Shown in pieces: positions 12,112 through 26,339 of a stretch of 64,000 bases of DNA. Positions within the stretch are counted from its first letter, which is position 1; each line of letters begins with the position of its first letter. A program made the position numbers and the translations under genes. Under the pieces are notes generated by a model. That model saw only the letters and a list, made by a program, of their open reading frames with translations, was not told where the DNA came from and searched no databases. This DNA is from Eledone cirrhosa (Eukaryota): assembly GCA_964016885.1 (NCBI GenBank), contig OZ024742.1:262632001-262696000 (forward strand). Direction: 5' to 3'.

Positions 12112-12179
<68 letters not shown>

Positions 12180-12561
12180 TGTTATACTTTGGGAGGGTCA
12201 TGTTGCCAATATCGGTTTCAACACACGATTTCAGATTAAGAATCTTGCTAAACAAATTCAGAAACGATATATATATATACATATATATATATCTACATAT
12301 ATATATATATATATATGTACATATATATATACAGTATATATATATATATATACATATATACTGTATATATATATATATGTACATATATATATGTGTGTGT
12401 GTGTGTTTGTGTCTCTGTATATGTGTATATGTACATATATATATATATGTACATATATATGTGTGTGTGTGTGTGTGTGTGTCTGTATATGTGTATATGT
12501 ACATATATATATATATGTTCATATATATATGTGTTTTTGTGTATCTGTATATGTGTATATG

Positions 12562-12625
<64 letters not shown>

Positions 12626-13457
12626 TGTATATACGTATATATGTGTATATGTATATATATGTGTGTGTGTTTTAAGTGTTGAACCTCCGTCTGTTCCGAC
12701 GACTAGTGTTCCAGTTGTTCGAACATAATCATAATATTAATTTGAAATTGTCTGAGCATTCCACAGACACGTATTTTATCAGGGAGATTCGGTGTAACAC
12801 AGTATATGATAAAGTTGACCCTTTGAATTACAAGTACAACTCATTTTGCCAGCCGAATAGACTGGAGCAATGTTTTAAAAAAGCCATTACAACACAAGTT
12901 AGAAATAAAGGAATGAAAACGAGACAAACAAAACTGACAACAAAGTTTATTATTATTATTATTTTTTTTTTGTACCGTCCTGTATTGTCCTGTACTGTCC
13001 TTAATGTCTACTTTATGTAAACCTTTGTGGTTAATAAAGAAAGCATTATCGTTAATGTTGTTGTTATTATTATTTTTTTATTTTTTATTATTATTATTTT
13101 GGTAATGAAAAAAATATACACAAAAGTTAATTTGATTTGCATGTCTTCAAGCTACTGGAACAATATTCTGGTGACATACATTAACGAGATCGCAGGTTCA
13201 ATAGATAGGGTTCCCCTGGTCAATCGATGCCGTAAAGATTCGAAGCCGCCCTCAGCAGTGTCTACACTAAATGGTTTAATGTTCGTGTGTTAGGGGTACC
13301 AGTACAACATATTAGTTATCAACACTCTTAAATAAGTAATATATACATATATAATATGACTCAAGGGGAACTGTCTTGACACACGCCGTCTCTGGGGCAT
13401 TTAAACCTGGTCGGAACAAAACCGATTTCTTTGAAGGAGAGGGTGAATGGCAAATTG

Positions 13458-13532
<75 letters not shown>

Positions 13533-13552
13533 TACATACATGCATACATACA

Positions 13553-13583
<31 letters not shown>

Positions 13584-13599
13584 GTCTTTTTAAGAGACG

Positions 13600-13770
13600 T
13601 GACCCGACGGCTAAGCTCTTGCCGTTTCAGTCTGGAACTAGCTGTTGAAACAGCGAGAACTTAGTCGTCGAGTCCCGTCTCTTTATAATATAGCCATACT
13701 CTACTACCCCAAGTATAAAGTACTCTGTTGAGTAATGGTCTAACCAGTTTCAAACTGGTTCTATCTTGAT
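13600..13770. repeat. Diverged copy of fold-back family A
   Basis: gacccgacggctaagctc...gaaacagcgagaacttagtcgtcg...actctactaccccaagta resembles 14980-15120. Confidence 0.55.
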
Positions 13771-13801
13771 ATATATATATATATATATATATACATACGC
13801 G

Positions 13802-13857
<56 letters not shown>

Positions 13858-14222
13858 TACATACGTGAGTGTGCGCGCGCGCGCGCGCGTGTGTGTGTGT
13901 GTAAGGAGTAACTAAAGAGATTGATAAATAGGAATGAAGGAAAAAGAGAGAGAGGGGAAGGCGAAGAAAGCGAGTACAGCATTCCGAAAGTGTTCTAATT
14001 AAAGGAATTATGGGAAGGCTGGTGGATCGTTAGGTTGGCTAGATATATGTAGTTAGGGATTGGTGGATATTTTTCTATAAAGTATGGGACACCTCCCCAC
14101 CGTCCTTTCTAAAACGTGCCTGATATGTAATACACCCTATTGGAAATATGATCCTGATTGAGACAAACATTCGGAACAGCACGTCTGGTGTCTAGCTCTG
14201 TACACACAGTCACAAATACACA

Positions 14223-14275
<53 letters not shown>

Positions 14276-14320
14276 TTATACATACAAATATATATATTAT
14301 GTATTTATATATTATGTATT

Positions 14321-14442
<122 letters not shown>

Positions 14443-14730
14443 CTAAGGCGGGTAAAATTCCCGAGATCCATGGACGAGTTCTCTCCAGCGGTCTCTGTCC
14501 CTCATTATCGCTGCCATGTCCTGCGTCTCCAACAGACCAGTGTCTGTCCTTAGGGCATCAACATACGTTAACCTTGGTCTTCCTCTTCTAGTGTGTCCAT
14601 GTAGGGGCTCCCAAAGTATACACTGAGGATGAAAAACTCAGAGCTGTATGGGAGCATCCCAAAAGTCAGCTCAAAAGTAACACAGAGGAGACTGAGGTTA
14701 GCTGGACATGCTCACCGACATCCAGAGTTG
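14443..14730 (-). mobile_element. RTE-like LINE 3' fragment with 5' inversion
   Basis: 14443-14628 (-) encodes ILWEPLHGHTRRGRPRLTYVDAL...DRDRWR. 14629-14730 (+) encodes the preceding segment ELYG...RRLRLAGHAHRHPEL. (TA)n flanks. Confidence 0.75.
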
Positions 14731-14822
14731 ATATATATATATATATATACGTTATTCCGGGTTGAGTCGGAGGTAACCACAGTAAGTAAGGTACTTAATA
14801 CATTGCAGAGTATAAAAGTTTT

Positions 14823-14945
14823 AATATAGATGAGATTCTACAGGACTAGAACTGTTTCATTCTTTAGAAATCATCAGGAATCGTGATTCCTGATGATTTC
14901 TAAAGAATGAAACAGTTCTAATCCTGTAGAATCTCATCTATATTA
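14823..14945. repeat. Near-perfect fold-back carrying mirrored hammerhead-like cores
   Basis: ~60-bp arms centred at ~14884; CTGATGA tttctaaagaat GAAA cag TT on each strand. Confidence 0.75.
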
Positions 14946-14961
14946 TATATATATATATATA

Positions 14962-15164
14962 TATAGGAACGAGTAGGACCCCGACGGCTGAGCTCAAGCC
15001 GTTTCGACGGCTAATTCTGGACATTTTAGTCCAGAATTAGCCGTCGAAACGGCTTGAGCTCAGCCGTCGGGGTCCTACTCGTTCCTATTACCCACTCTAC
15101 TACCCTAAGTATTGAGTACTCTGGTGCGTTATGGTCCACCTGGTTCCTTGCCACATTTCCTTCG

Positions 15165-15232
<68 letters not shown>

Positions 15233-15672
15233 CGAAGGAGTTGTGGTAAGGAAGCAGATGGACCATAACGAACCAGAGTACTCAATACTTAGGGTAGTAG
15301 AGTGGGTAATAGGAAAAAGTATGAACCCGACGGCAGAGCTCAAGCCGTTTCGACGGCTATTTCTGGACTCAAATAGTCCAGAAATAGCCGTCGAAACGGC
15401 TTGAGCTCTGTCGTCGGGGTCAAACTTTTTCCTATATATATATATATATACTAGTCCCCCGGTATTCGTGGGGATTACTTTCTCAGAGCACCCGCGAAGA
15501 GTTAAAGACCGCCAATATTGGACGTGGTCCATAAAAATGCCTAGAAACGTCAAAATATAATAAAATATAATAAAAACACTCTTATGCGAAGGGGCGTCCA
15601 ATACGCCGGCAAATACGGTATATTGTTATAAATAATTTAGCGTATGTATGTATATACATACATACATATGTC
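14962..15672. repeat. Fold-back family A (two subfamilies) plus family B composite
   Basis: Palindrome 14962-15088. 15230-15672 duplicates 90-570. Confidence 0.8.
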
Positions 15673-16076
15673 AAGATGTGACAGAACAGGAACGGAGACG
15701 GTTAGACGAATAAGGAACAAAGATTGAAACGTTTATTAAACCTCTGTGGTATTCTGCTGTCGGAATGAACTTATGGAGTTTCAACCCTTGACCAACAGTA
15801 ATACTCGTCCATTATGGGAAACCGTGTTTAGCAAGAAAACTAAACGCTGTTCTGGAATATTTTAAAGGGGGAGGAACGAGACGTAAAAAAAAATCGTTTA
15901 GCGAGCTAGTAATCGACACATCAAAACGGTTTACTGCAAGTAGCTTGAAAGAACTCAACAGAGCCACCTGACAGAGAAAGAAGGTGTGATAAGGCTTCCT
16001 AGTGGAAATAGGTAGAACAAGTTGTTGTTGCTGTGTTGGTAGTAAACAACTGAACAAATATATCTTTATATATATG

Positions 16077-16112
<36 letters not shown>

Positions 16113-16790
16113 CATACATATATATATAAATATATAATGTGTGTGTAGCGAATTCTGTCCACATATACTGACCCTTAAACGACACGAGGTAGTGTTTTTC
16201 TTTATCTCGGGCTGGCACCAGTAGTCTGGAGAAACAGGTCAACTTGGGATTATTTGAGATAAGATTTTCTGAAACCCATTCTGCTCTTATTGTTCCGAAG
16301 AGAATGACATCACTTGGAGTTGCTCAAACAGTAGAGAGATGTAGAGCTTAACAAAAACACTCAAGCCCTCTCGACAGGGTAGGTACTTCGATAAAGGTTA
16401 GTTCAATGCATCTGGTCAGACTACTACTGCATTCACGCAAACCAACAACACAAACATAACACACATTTCACTTGGTTCTTTGTTGTTTTCCTATTTTATC
16501 AACAATAGCTTCGACGTAAGTTATTTCTCAATAAAAATTCTTAAAGTAGCGATTTTTGTTATTGTTCATTGGATATAGTTATTGTCAGCTTTACTTTCAA
16601 CCTTCAACTTTCAACCACTAGCTATGACAACGAGTAGAGCCACACATCTCGACTCACTGAGACACACACACCCAATTCATTTGTCGTAATCACAAATTTC
16701 CCACGGCGCTTACATGAAATATATGTGTATAGGTATGTGTGTGTATATGTGTGTGTGTATGCATATAAATACATATACAATTATATATAT

Positions 16791-16897
<107 letters not shown>

Positions 16898-17014
16898 GAG
16901 AGAGAGAGAGAGAGAGGGGAGTAGATTCTCTATTTTTCCGCTATATTGTTTGTTTGAATTTTTTTCTCACTTCATTTCTTCATTTCAATTGATCTGCTGA
17001 AGAGAGAGAAAAGT

Positions 17015-17883
17015 TCAGACGTCTGAGATTGTTCCTTCTTCAACCTCAAAGTTCGATAATTTAATTTCCCTGTCGCTCTGTTTATGGATACTCAAGTCCT
17101 TCAGTAAATCAAGTGGCATTTCGACGTCATCTTGTTTTTGGCTGTCAACAGAATTATTCTCGTCTGCGGCGTCGCATTCCTTACTCTCGCGAATCCTACG
17201 TTGATAAGGCTTCACAAATTTACGGCTAAATGCCACAGCATTGCTCACAGCGTTGCTCTCTGTGACATTCTCATAGTCCTGGAGTTTAAAATAAACACCG
17301 GCTTTTATCGGAATATCAATAAAATGGTGTTTATCTAGACCGATTGGACAAGCAATAATCATTTCTGTTTTCTCCTCTTTCTTGTACAATGTCAACATAT
17401 CTGTGAACTTGACATTACTCACCGGAGAAGTACCGTAGATAAGTCGCACCTTCAGCGGGAAGTCAAATTCTCGAGTGAGCTCATTAATTCGATAAACAAC
17501 ATGCATCCCCGTCTTTCCTGGTTCGTGAAACGTGTAAAACCTTCCCTTGGCCGACAATGGTAAATAAACCACTTCTTTCTGGAAATCTATACACTTGATG
17601 TATTGCTGTTCAGATAGAGTGTAGTTTATCTTTGTCTTTTTAAACAAACCGGTTTCAGCTTCTGTTTTCCACTTGGCAGTAAAGATACTGTCAACAGTGA
17701 GGGTTGAACCTGCGGCCACACCCTTCTGGATATATTTGCTCTTGCATCTGTCTTTCATCTCTACAATACTCATGCCAATCATTGGTGTACAGTTGAAGAA
17801 CTTGGTCGGCATTACTTCAGCAATTTGCGCTATACTCACGTAATGGTTCACATTTCCATTGCTCGGAATTATTTCGAATAAAC
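17015..17883 (-). CDS. Terminal coding exon of a CABIT-domain (THEMIS/GAREM-like) protein
   Basis: Acceptor ttttattcttcttgcag|G at 17883. Open frame (G)LFEIIPSNGNVNHYVSIAQIAEVMP...GSTLTV...YIKC...VYLPLSAKGRF...FDFPLKVRLIYG to TGA at 17017-17015. Non-repetitive composition. The family call rests on recalled CABIT motifs. Confidence 0.8.
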
Positions 17884-18709
17884 CTGCAAGAAGAATAAAA
17901 ACATTATTACATTTAATACGTATAGCTGGGCGACTTGGTTGTCAGGATATTTGGCTTACTATCATAATGTCGTGTGTTCTAACGGAGTCGACATTGGTTC
18001 ACACAACACATATCATATGTCTGAATAAAAAAACTGGTGTGTCGCGCTTGGAATGCCTTGCACAAACGCGTCCTTCACGGTGTTATTTTTAGCAAATTAT
18101 GTGATCACGTAGAAGCTTCATTTGTTGACTCGTTCAGCCAGTTGTATTGTCGGACGGGCAATAAATGTCACTCTAACCTACCGATTGTTACTGGAATTTA
18201 CGAGAAGTCGTGTCATTATTACGAAAGGCAAAAGATTATTTTAGTGAATGTTCAATGAACCATCTGATCTAGATGTGTATATGTTGTTAAAACTCACACC
18301 TATGTTATAGCTGGTCTCTTACAATGTTGTATATCGCATAGGTTTAAATCGTTGTATATCGCAATGTTGTATATCGCAGTGCTTTAAAGATAGGGATCAC
18401 AGTCCTATCATAAAAACACTTTCGTCTTGACCGGACGCTTCTACTGCCTTTATGCTACTACACTCTAAATCCCCTTAGAAGCGCGTTTTATCCTTGAGCA
18501 AGACACTTTATTTTTCGTTGCTCCAGTCGACTCGGCTGGAAAAAATGAGCTGCGATGACACTCATGTTGAAATTTATTGGCCTTTGACATTTCCTTGTTC
18601 ATATATATATATATGGTTTATATATATATATATATGGTTTATATATATATATATATGGTTTATATATATATATCTATGTGTGTGTGGGTGGGTGTGTGTG
18701 TGTATACAC

Positions 18710-18741
<32 letters not shown>

Positions 18742-19575
18742 ATATATATATATGGTGAACTAACTGTTGTGGTACTACTTCTACCAAACTCGTCCATGGA
18801 CTGGACTGAGTGCTCTACTACTACGGATACAACCTTCCAGTGTTCTATTATTTTATATATATAACGGAACACTCCTGTGTTTTACCGGCGAAGATTCGAA
18901 ACCGAATCTGAGCTTTCCCGCCTCTGGGACAATCTATCGTTGGAAGTTCTCGCCTTTGTCCTGTCAAGACAACGATGATAAATGTACATTCCATTTGACC
19001 TGTGACCCCAATCTCTTGGGAGATGCTAACCACAGGTCAGACCCTAAATCAACCTCATATATCCATCCTTCTAACTTTAGCACTTATTATAAATACAAGG
19101 ACTTAGGGAACAAAAGGAGGAGAATGGAAGCAGCAGTCAAGAAGATATCAATGTAGTATCAGTAGACCTTTCACTCTATCTTTCTCCTGACCCTTACTGG
19201 CTTACCTTCTCGGCCAGACAGCCAGCCATGCCTGCCTGACAGATTGACCATTACTACTATGAGAATAAGATCTTCTAAGAATAGGCATACACACACGCAT
19301 AGTAAGTTCATATTGTTATATTATACTCTCATCCTATTCTACCGGTAATATTGTATCAGCAAGACAACACAACTCATACTATATAGTCTTCTTTGATACA
19401 CGCATTCACGTAGCTCGTAGCAGCTACCAATTTACTGTACAGATATATTCATGTCATAAATTGTATTACTGTGTTCAAATCGAATATTGTTAATATAACA
19501 TAAACATTGTTAACAACTCAATCATAGCATTATTCTTTTCATCAAAACTATCACACAAAGAATACAACTTATCCG

Positions 19576-19660
<85 letters not shown>

Positions 19661-20671
19661 GAGAGAGAGGGGGTGAGAGGGAGAGAGCATATAATGTATA
19701 TACAGTGCATAAGTGAGTTGCGACGACATTTTGCTTAGTATGGGCTGGAGCTCATGTCACTAATCACAGGTAACAGTGATCGCTGCTAATGAACTTATTC
19801 AAGATTGACAGATAGGCAAAAGGATCATTTCTCTAACATGATTTTACAGGCTACCCTGATATTGAATGACAATGGCCTCGATGACACGGATAGATATGCT
19901 GGGGAATACCAAGATGGCTATTCCGGCGCACACGAAGTCATAGTATGGGGAATGGGGAATGGATCAAGTATGGAAGCTCGGCGTAGATTTGAAGAAAAAC
20001 TAGATGATGTCGAGAATAATAAAGTAATAGAGAAATAAAGCAGAGGATAACTGAAAATTTCTATGTGATAACCTACTACAAGCTAGAGTGAAGATGTGTG
20101 GTTTGAGCAAGGTACCAGTCAGGTGAAAAGTGACTCTATGATGGAGTAGTATAGTAGATAGAACCATATAGACATACCTGAAAGGAGCAGAAGAAAGTCT
20201 GTATAGAAGGGGGAAGCAAGGAACAATAGTGGGTAGCTACAGAAGAAGTTAGACGGCAGGTCTACATACTTGAAAGCAGGAGGTTTGCCAATGTTCGACG
20301 ATATGAGACTTTCAGCATTGCGAAGTTATGTCATTGTGTATTATGACACCGGTGCACTTAACGTTGATGCTCAGAAAAAAGAGGCATGGAAATGGTATTA
20401 TGAGGAATTGATGAATGTTGAGATTGATTGAACAATCCACAGTAGATTAAACAGGCCAGCCATCGAAGTTGACAATTATAAGGTCGTAAGCATAATTAGG
20501 GATATGAACTATTTTAAGATGCCAGTATCGACGAGACTTCAAAGTAAATAATTACTGTTAATATAGATATGGCTGTGAAGTAAACAGTTATTGTTAATAT
20601 AGATATGACTTCAGAGCAAATAGTTACTGTGAATGATGCATATTACTTCGAAATAAATTGTAACCATGAAA

Positions 20672-20850
20672 AATTGTTTCTACTTTTGGCACAAGGCCAG
20701 CAATTACCCAGTGCATTACTGGTACTTTATTTTATCGACCCCGTAAGGATGAAAGGCAAAGTTAACCTCGGTGGGATTTGAATGGAAGGGGTCGTAACTC
20801 TATGCGTCAAAGCATGGCGTCCGACCCTCTACCGACACTGCCAATTCAAC
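20672..20850 (-). mobile_element. tRNA-derived SINE (octopus-type)
   Basis: Box A/B-like head, central gcctttcatccttacggggtcgataaaataaagtaccag domain, tail ggccttgtgccaaaagtagaaacaatt. Confidence 0.8.
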
Positions 20851-21104
20851 TTCCAAATAAATACTTATTGAAAATACTAGATATTACTTTTACTTTACAA
20901 GCTGTATTGTGGTCTTTATTCATTGTATGTTTAGTGTACTCAAGTACATATGCCTATAAAACTAACCCAAACAGACAGACAACCAAACAAACAAACGCAC
21001 ACATATTTCTATGTCCTAGATTTGTATAGGAAATATGTGCATTGATCTCTTTCTCTCTTTCTCTCTCTCTCTCTTTCTCTCTCTCTTGCTATCTCTTTCT
21101 CTCT

Positions 21105-21171
<67 letters not shown>

Positions 21172-21291
21172 CCTCCCTTCCTTTCTTTCTCTCTCTCAGT
21201 GTTAACAAGACATATCCTCCCTCTGGTAAATAGTACGGTAACATCTATCTATAGCTACCTACCATTGTATCTATATTCGGGCAACAAAAAA

Positions 21292-21324
<33 letters not shown>

Positions 21325-21326
21325 GA

Positions 21327-21726
21327 GGTCAGACACTTTTCTCTCCGGCGAGCAACTGATTCGTTTTTTCAAATATCATTTTGGAAGAAGAATCAGGATG
21401 GAGAGAGAGGTGTTGTACCCCAGCAAATTTTATAAAAGGTGGGTGAATGTGGCAAAGATGGCCCGAGTGGTTGGGCCTTCTCTCTATATAAGCTTGTAGA
21501 TTGAGGAAAAAGATGAGGGTTGTACATTTTTTCGGGGTGTGTACAACCCCTGTGTAACACCCCCCCCCCCCTATTGGGGATTTCAATTGTTATTTGTTAA
21601 TTGTTATTTGTTAATTTGTTAATTGTTATTTGTTAATTGTTATTTGTTATTTTCATATACCTGTATGTAAACTCCCCATTTGTATTTGTCCCCTTCTTTT
21701 GTGCCCTTGTGGCTAATAAAGAAATT
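21327..21726 (+). mobile_element. Tx1/L1-clade LINE 3' end between (TATC)n tracts
   Basis: Similar to the 3' end of the element at 39280-39460. Ends cttgtggctaataaagaaa. The tail is repeated at 21798-21870. Confidence 0.7.
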
Positions 21727-21895
21727 TATCTATCTATCTATCTATCTACCTACCTACCTACCTACCTACTCATCCACCTATCTATCTATCTGTTCTTTTG
21801 TGTAAACTCCCCCCCCCCCCCCCCTTTGTATTTGTCCCCTTCTTTTGCGCCTTCGTGGCAATAAATAGAAACATATCTATATTTAAAACTGTTAG

Positions 21896-23425
21896 CTGGG
21901 CCCGAGTGACGGAGGCGAAAAGTGGCAACAAGTCCACGATTCGGTCTTTGAATGACCAAGACGGACGCGTGATACGTGAGCCGAAGCAGATGTGCGCGGC
22001 CTTTCAGCGGCACTTTGCTCAACTATTCGGGCAGGGCGGCGTGCCGGGAGGGGCTATGGAAATCGGTCCATACCTCGACGGCCTACCGCGACTCTCGGAC
22101 AGCGAGGCGAAGTTCTGCGAAAGGCCGATTTCGGCTGCTGAGATAGGGGACGCGTGAACCAATGTGGCAAACGCAAATCTCCAGGTCTCGACGGTCTACA
22201 CTACGAATTTTCCGTAGCAATGCCGGACTTGTTCTCCAGTCTCCTAGAAGCGGTCTACTGCAACTGGCAGCAGAACGAGAGAATTCCCAGTACTGTGACC
22301 AAGGGCGTAGTCACGTTAGTCAGGAAGGACGAGAAGGATGACTAGAAGGATGACTTCCGGCCCATAACTCTGCTAAACACAGGGTTACAGATTTTGGCCA
22401 AGATGTTGGCAAAGAGGCTGGCGCTTGTCGTCGAAAAACTGGTGGGAGAAGTGCAGACATGCGCAATCCAGACCAGCTCCATACACGACAACCTCCACCT
22501 CATGCGATACATCATAGAGAGGGTAGGGTGTAAACCCGGCTTCGGTGGAGCCCTGATCAACTTGGGTCAGTCTAAGGCTTTCGATAGGGTTGACCATCGT
22601 TACCTGGATGCGGTGCTCGAGGCGGCAGGCTTCGGACCCGTGTTCAGGGGCTGGATTGCTGCAATGCACAGCAGCAACATCTGCTCATGAGCCAAGGTGA
22701 ACGGCTACCTCTCGGAGCCGTTCCATATCACGCGATCCATCCGATAGGCATGCCTTCTCTCCTCCCTTCTGTACGTACTGACTCTCGAGCCACTACTGCA
22801 GAGGCTGGAGCTATTGCAGGGCATCCCTTTGGAACCAGGACTGAGAAAAGCGGCGTCAGCCTACGCCGACGACGTGACAGTAATGGTGTCCAGCATCTCG
22901 CAAATTGGGGAGGTCGGCACCTAACTGAAGGAATACGAAAGGTTCACAGGAACGAAGCTGAACTGGGACAAATCCGTCGGTTTGCAACTCGGAACGTGGA
23001 GAGGCAAGCTGATGCCTTCCGATGGCGTCGTCGGACGCTGGACGGAAGGACCGGTAAAGCTGCTCGGGGTCTGGCTTGGTCCGGACCTCCAGGTGGAGAA
23101 GAACTGGAACGAGGTGACGGCCAAGGTCTTTGCGCTCACCCAGAAGTGGGCCGAGTGCAAACTATCCTTGAAAGGTCGAGCGGAGGTGGCGAACACTTTT
23201 ATAGCGTCCGTCATCTACTACCGCTTGACCGTCGTGCCTTGTCCAGCCAAAACGCTCACCAAAAATGGAGCGCGCGCTCTTCCAGTTCCTTTGGAAGAAG
23301 TGGGCTCCTTTGGTGAGAAACCCATCTGCTGCCAACACCCTTCAAACGGAGGGCTGGGGATGCCGTGGCTGACGATACGCAAACACGCGCTCAGGCTGCG
23401 GCACCTCCACGTATTCCTCACCGTG
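21896..23425 (+). mobile_element. Tx1/L1-clade ORF2 fragment (RT), frameshifted
   Basis: KSPGLDGL, FRPITLLN, QSKAFDRVDH, AYADDV, LSLKGRAEVAN, GGLGMP. Paralogous to 39960-41590. Confidence 0.88.
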
Positions 23426-23441
23426 TTCCAAAATACCTTAT

Positions 23442-23468
23442 CCCGTTCAACGCCGGGTACCACTGCTA

Positions 23469-23470
<2 letters not shown>
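23442..23470 (+). mobile_element. Helitron-type 3' terminus
   Basis: cccgttcaacgccggg hairpin followed by taccactgCTAG-t. Confidence 0.6.
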
Positions 23471-23523
<53 letters not shown>

Positions 23524-23625
23524 CATTCGCGGGGATTACGTTCCTAGAGTACTTGCGAAGAGTGAAAAACCGCGAATATTGGACGTGGTCCATAAAATTC
23601 ATATAACCGTCTAAATATAACGTAA

Positions 23626-23656
<31 letters not shown>

Positions 23657-23682
23657 AGCATATGTTGATTGCTACACTTCTT

Positions 23683-24810
23683 ATCAGAAGAGTGGCATTC
23701 CTTCATTGAACATTGCACTTTTCAGACCAACTTTTGTTTTGCAATCACGTTCATAGATGCGACATTTGAACTGTCTGTCTCTTGGCAATACCGGCTGGGA
23801 TGTGTCTTCATGCATTTTACCATGTCTGGTCAATCCACCAGCTGACTTGCAAATTAAACTGCGCTCGTTGCAAGTGTACCGCGGAGGATGTGGCGGTAAA
23901 ACCATCTCACAAATGGCTCGATTCCTCCCTGGCTCGTGTGAATTTAGATGGTTGACAAATTCAGCTCTTGGTAGAAGAAATCCTTAAAGAAACATTGCAC
24001 CTGCACTTGGGTCCTGCTTACGGAGTGAACGCTTCGAAAGCAGCATGCTCCACTTACTTTTTCTCAAAGACATCATCACATCCATACTTGATGTTTCAGT
24101 CTGTCTTTGCTAGTTCTCCATATCAATCTTCAGACCTTTAATGACATCCCTAAACTGCTTCTTGGATTTATACTGTGGCTTTTTTCCTCTGGTCAGCTCC
24201 CCATAAAATAATTGTTTATACAGTTTTCCATTTTGACCACATGACAAGCCCAACGCATCTGGTTCATAATTATCCCCTTCTCAATACTGGTGCTACTCAC
24301 TTTCTCAAGTACATCGGTTGTGCAAGAGGACCACTTGATGTTCAGGATGAAATGGATACAATGCTGATGCAAACTTTCCAGCTACTTAATATGATGTCTG
24401 TAAGTTGTCCACCTTTCACGTCCATATAGCAGGGCTGTAAGAACACAGGCCACATACACAGAAAGATTTGCGTCTCTCGTGATACCACGATCTGACCAAA
24501 CTCGCTTCTCAAACTTCCCGAAGGCAAGACTCGCTTTCGCAATCCTGTGATCTATTTCAGCATCAAAGGAACCATCTCTATTAAACGTATGTTAGAAATA
24601 CACAAAGTTGTACACCGCTTCAAGTCTTTTTCTCCCACGAAAATGTCTGGCTCCTCATACACTTCCCCAACTGGTGGAGTATAAATGGCCTTCGTCTTTT
24701 TCTGATAATATTTAGCCCATATGCAGTGCATGCATTGGATGTGTCCAATATCAACTGCATGTCCTCTACTGTGTGAGCCACAAAATCTGCATCATCAGCA
24801 TACAGACCTC
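23683..24810 (-). mobile_element. RTE-clade LINE fragment (RT C-terminus plus C2H2-like tail), decayed
   Basis: YADDADFVAHTVEDMQ, EIDHRIAKASLAFGK, LACHVVKMEN, CKSAGGLTRH; many stops and frameshifts. Confidence 0.8.
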
Positions 24811-24859
24811 CTTGACAAGAATGCCAGAGGTTCTAAATCGCAATTTAGAAGTGTTGGAA

Positions 24860-25010
24860 GGTTCTTTGGTGTAACATTCCCATAGTATCGGAGCTGTGAT
24901 CTCACAATTCGGAGATGTAGCGGCTCTACCTGGAGTGACTCTTTGATGTCCGAGCTATGCAATCTATCGAGTAACGTTACACCAAAGAACCTTCCAACAC
25001 TTCTAAATAT
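24860..25010 (-). mobile_element. RTE-like LINE fragment (related copy at 52230-52620)
   Basis: GVTLLDRLHSSDIKESLQVEPLHLRIVRSQLRYYG; the 52230-52620 copy ends in a (GAA)n tail. Confidence 0.65.
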
Positions 25011-25055
25011 TCTTATCGAGCCCTCTTTGGATTTAGTCTTCAAATTTATTATTAT

Positions 25056-25115
<60 letters not shown>

Positions 25116-25181
25116 CGAATAAGGAAAAGCGAAGTAGTTTCAGATGTTCAAGTCCTTTAATAATAATTGTTTCTAAATAAT

Positions 25182-25255
25182 GCTGTGATATATATTTCAA
25201 TGACGACACTGGCCACACTGTTCTGTGTGCGAGTGTCGTGTCATCATCAAACAGC
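25182..25255 (-). ncRNA. Type I hammerhead with U3.G8 core
   Basis: gctgt TTGATGA tgacacgacact...agtgtcgtcatt GAAA tatata TC acagc. Confidence 0.7.
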
Positions 25256-26339
25256 TTGTTACATAATAAGGTTATGTTTCCGAGGCAATCCAAATTGAAT
25301 CGACATGGGAACGGATGAAGTTCGTGCTTTGGGGTTTTTCATCCGTTCCCTTGTGAGTACTAATTCACTCCCACCGGTCTGCGCAAGCGCATGTCCGAAG
25401 GAAGTTGACCATTAATCACCGCAGATTTCAACGAAATTCGCTGTCAGTTCACCCTCTCAGCCAAAACAATGGCCCACCTATGCCCTACCAAGTTTACTGC
25501 TACCCATCACGACTGTGGCAGTCAGCCGAAAGCCAGAGGGGATGGGAGGGTGTTAGTTTTATAGGTCATAATACTACCTTTCACTAAGCGTTGACAGCAA
25601 GACTGACCATCAACTCATAAGGGAAAATAAACTTAATTCTAGGTACCATGTTTTTACATTGGAAGTTATGAGTGAGAGTTGGAAATAAAAATTAAAAATT
25701 AAAATCCTAAATCAAATATCAGAGATTAAAAATTAAACAATTAAAAAATTTAAAAATTCGAAATTCAAAAATTGTTCAAGTGATAATTCGGATTGAGTAA
25801 AAATATAGATTGAAGTGAGTAAATAATATGGAGAGAGATGTTTAAGTAATAAGTTCTGAGAGGGATTCTAGTGTCACAGTTACTCTATCCACATATTGAA
25901 CGACAGTGCCGTACATTATTACGGAGGGCAAACTACAGGGTTCAAGGCATTAGTCAATCTGGTAGAGTCATAATTTCCATCACATGGAACAAAATCAAAG
26001 AAAAACAGACATAAAGTACACAAAAGAAAAGAAAAGAACAGAACCAATAGTGAATAAATGCAAAAACACAGAGTACATATATGCAAAATGATCCATATGA
26101 TTGTCCATCTGTCCACATATAGATTGAATTGAGGGGGCTTCTGTTCAAATGCGATTTGGTGCAGGAAAATAGGGGTTTATCTTATTTTTTTGTTTCCGCG
26201 TATTTATCCTGCCGAAAGTTACTATTATGCCCGTCCAGTGTCAGGGGTTTTCAACCCCATGGTAGAGGGAATTTCTTATACTATGATATAAAATATGAAA
26301 ATATAAAGATTTTATATTATGCAATATATACTATATATA

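Larger units (their letters stand above)
10733..12113 (-). mobile_element. Penelope-like retroelement 3, 5'-truncated, with an inverted pLTR fragment at its 5' side
   Basis: ORF 11053-11799 (IWFSPPFS, CSCRKPEACP, VIYEA, SYVGMAEGRFKERF, CGLC, CPH). pLTR 10733-11050. Inverted degenerate pLTR piece 12045-12113. Related fragments at 18752-18850 and 26880-26998. Confidence 0.88.

Noticed and set aside
19760-20560. Purine-rich decayed coding-like segment
   Set aside because: Multiple stops; cannot be assigned to a family by eye.
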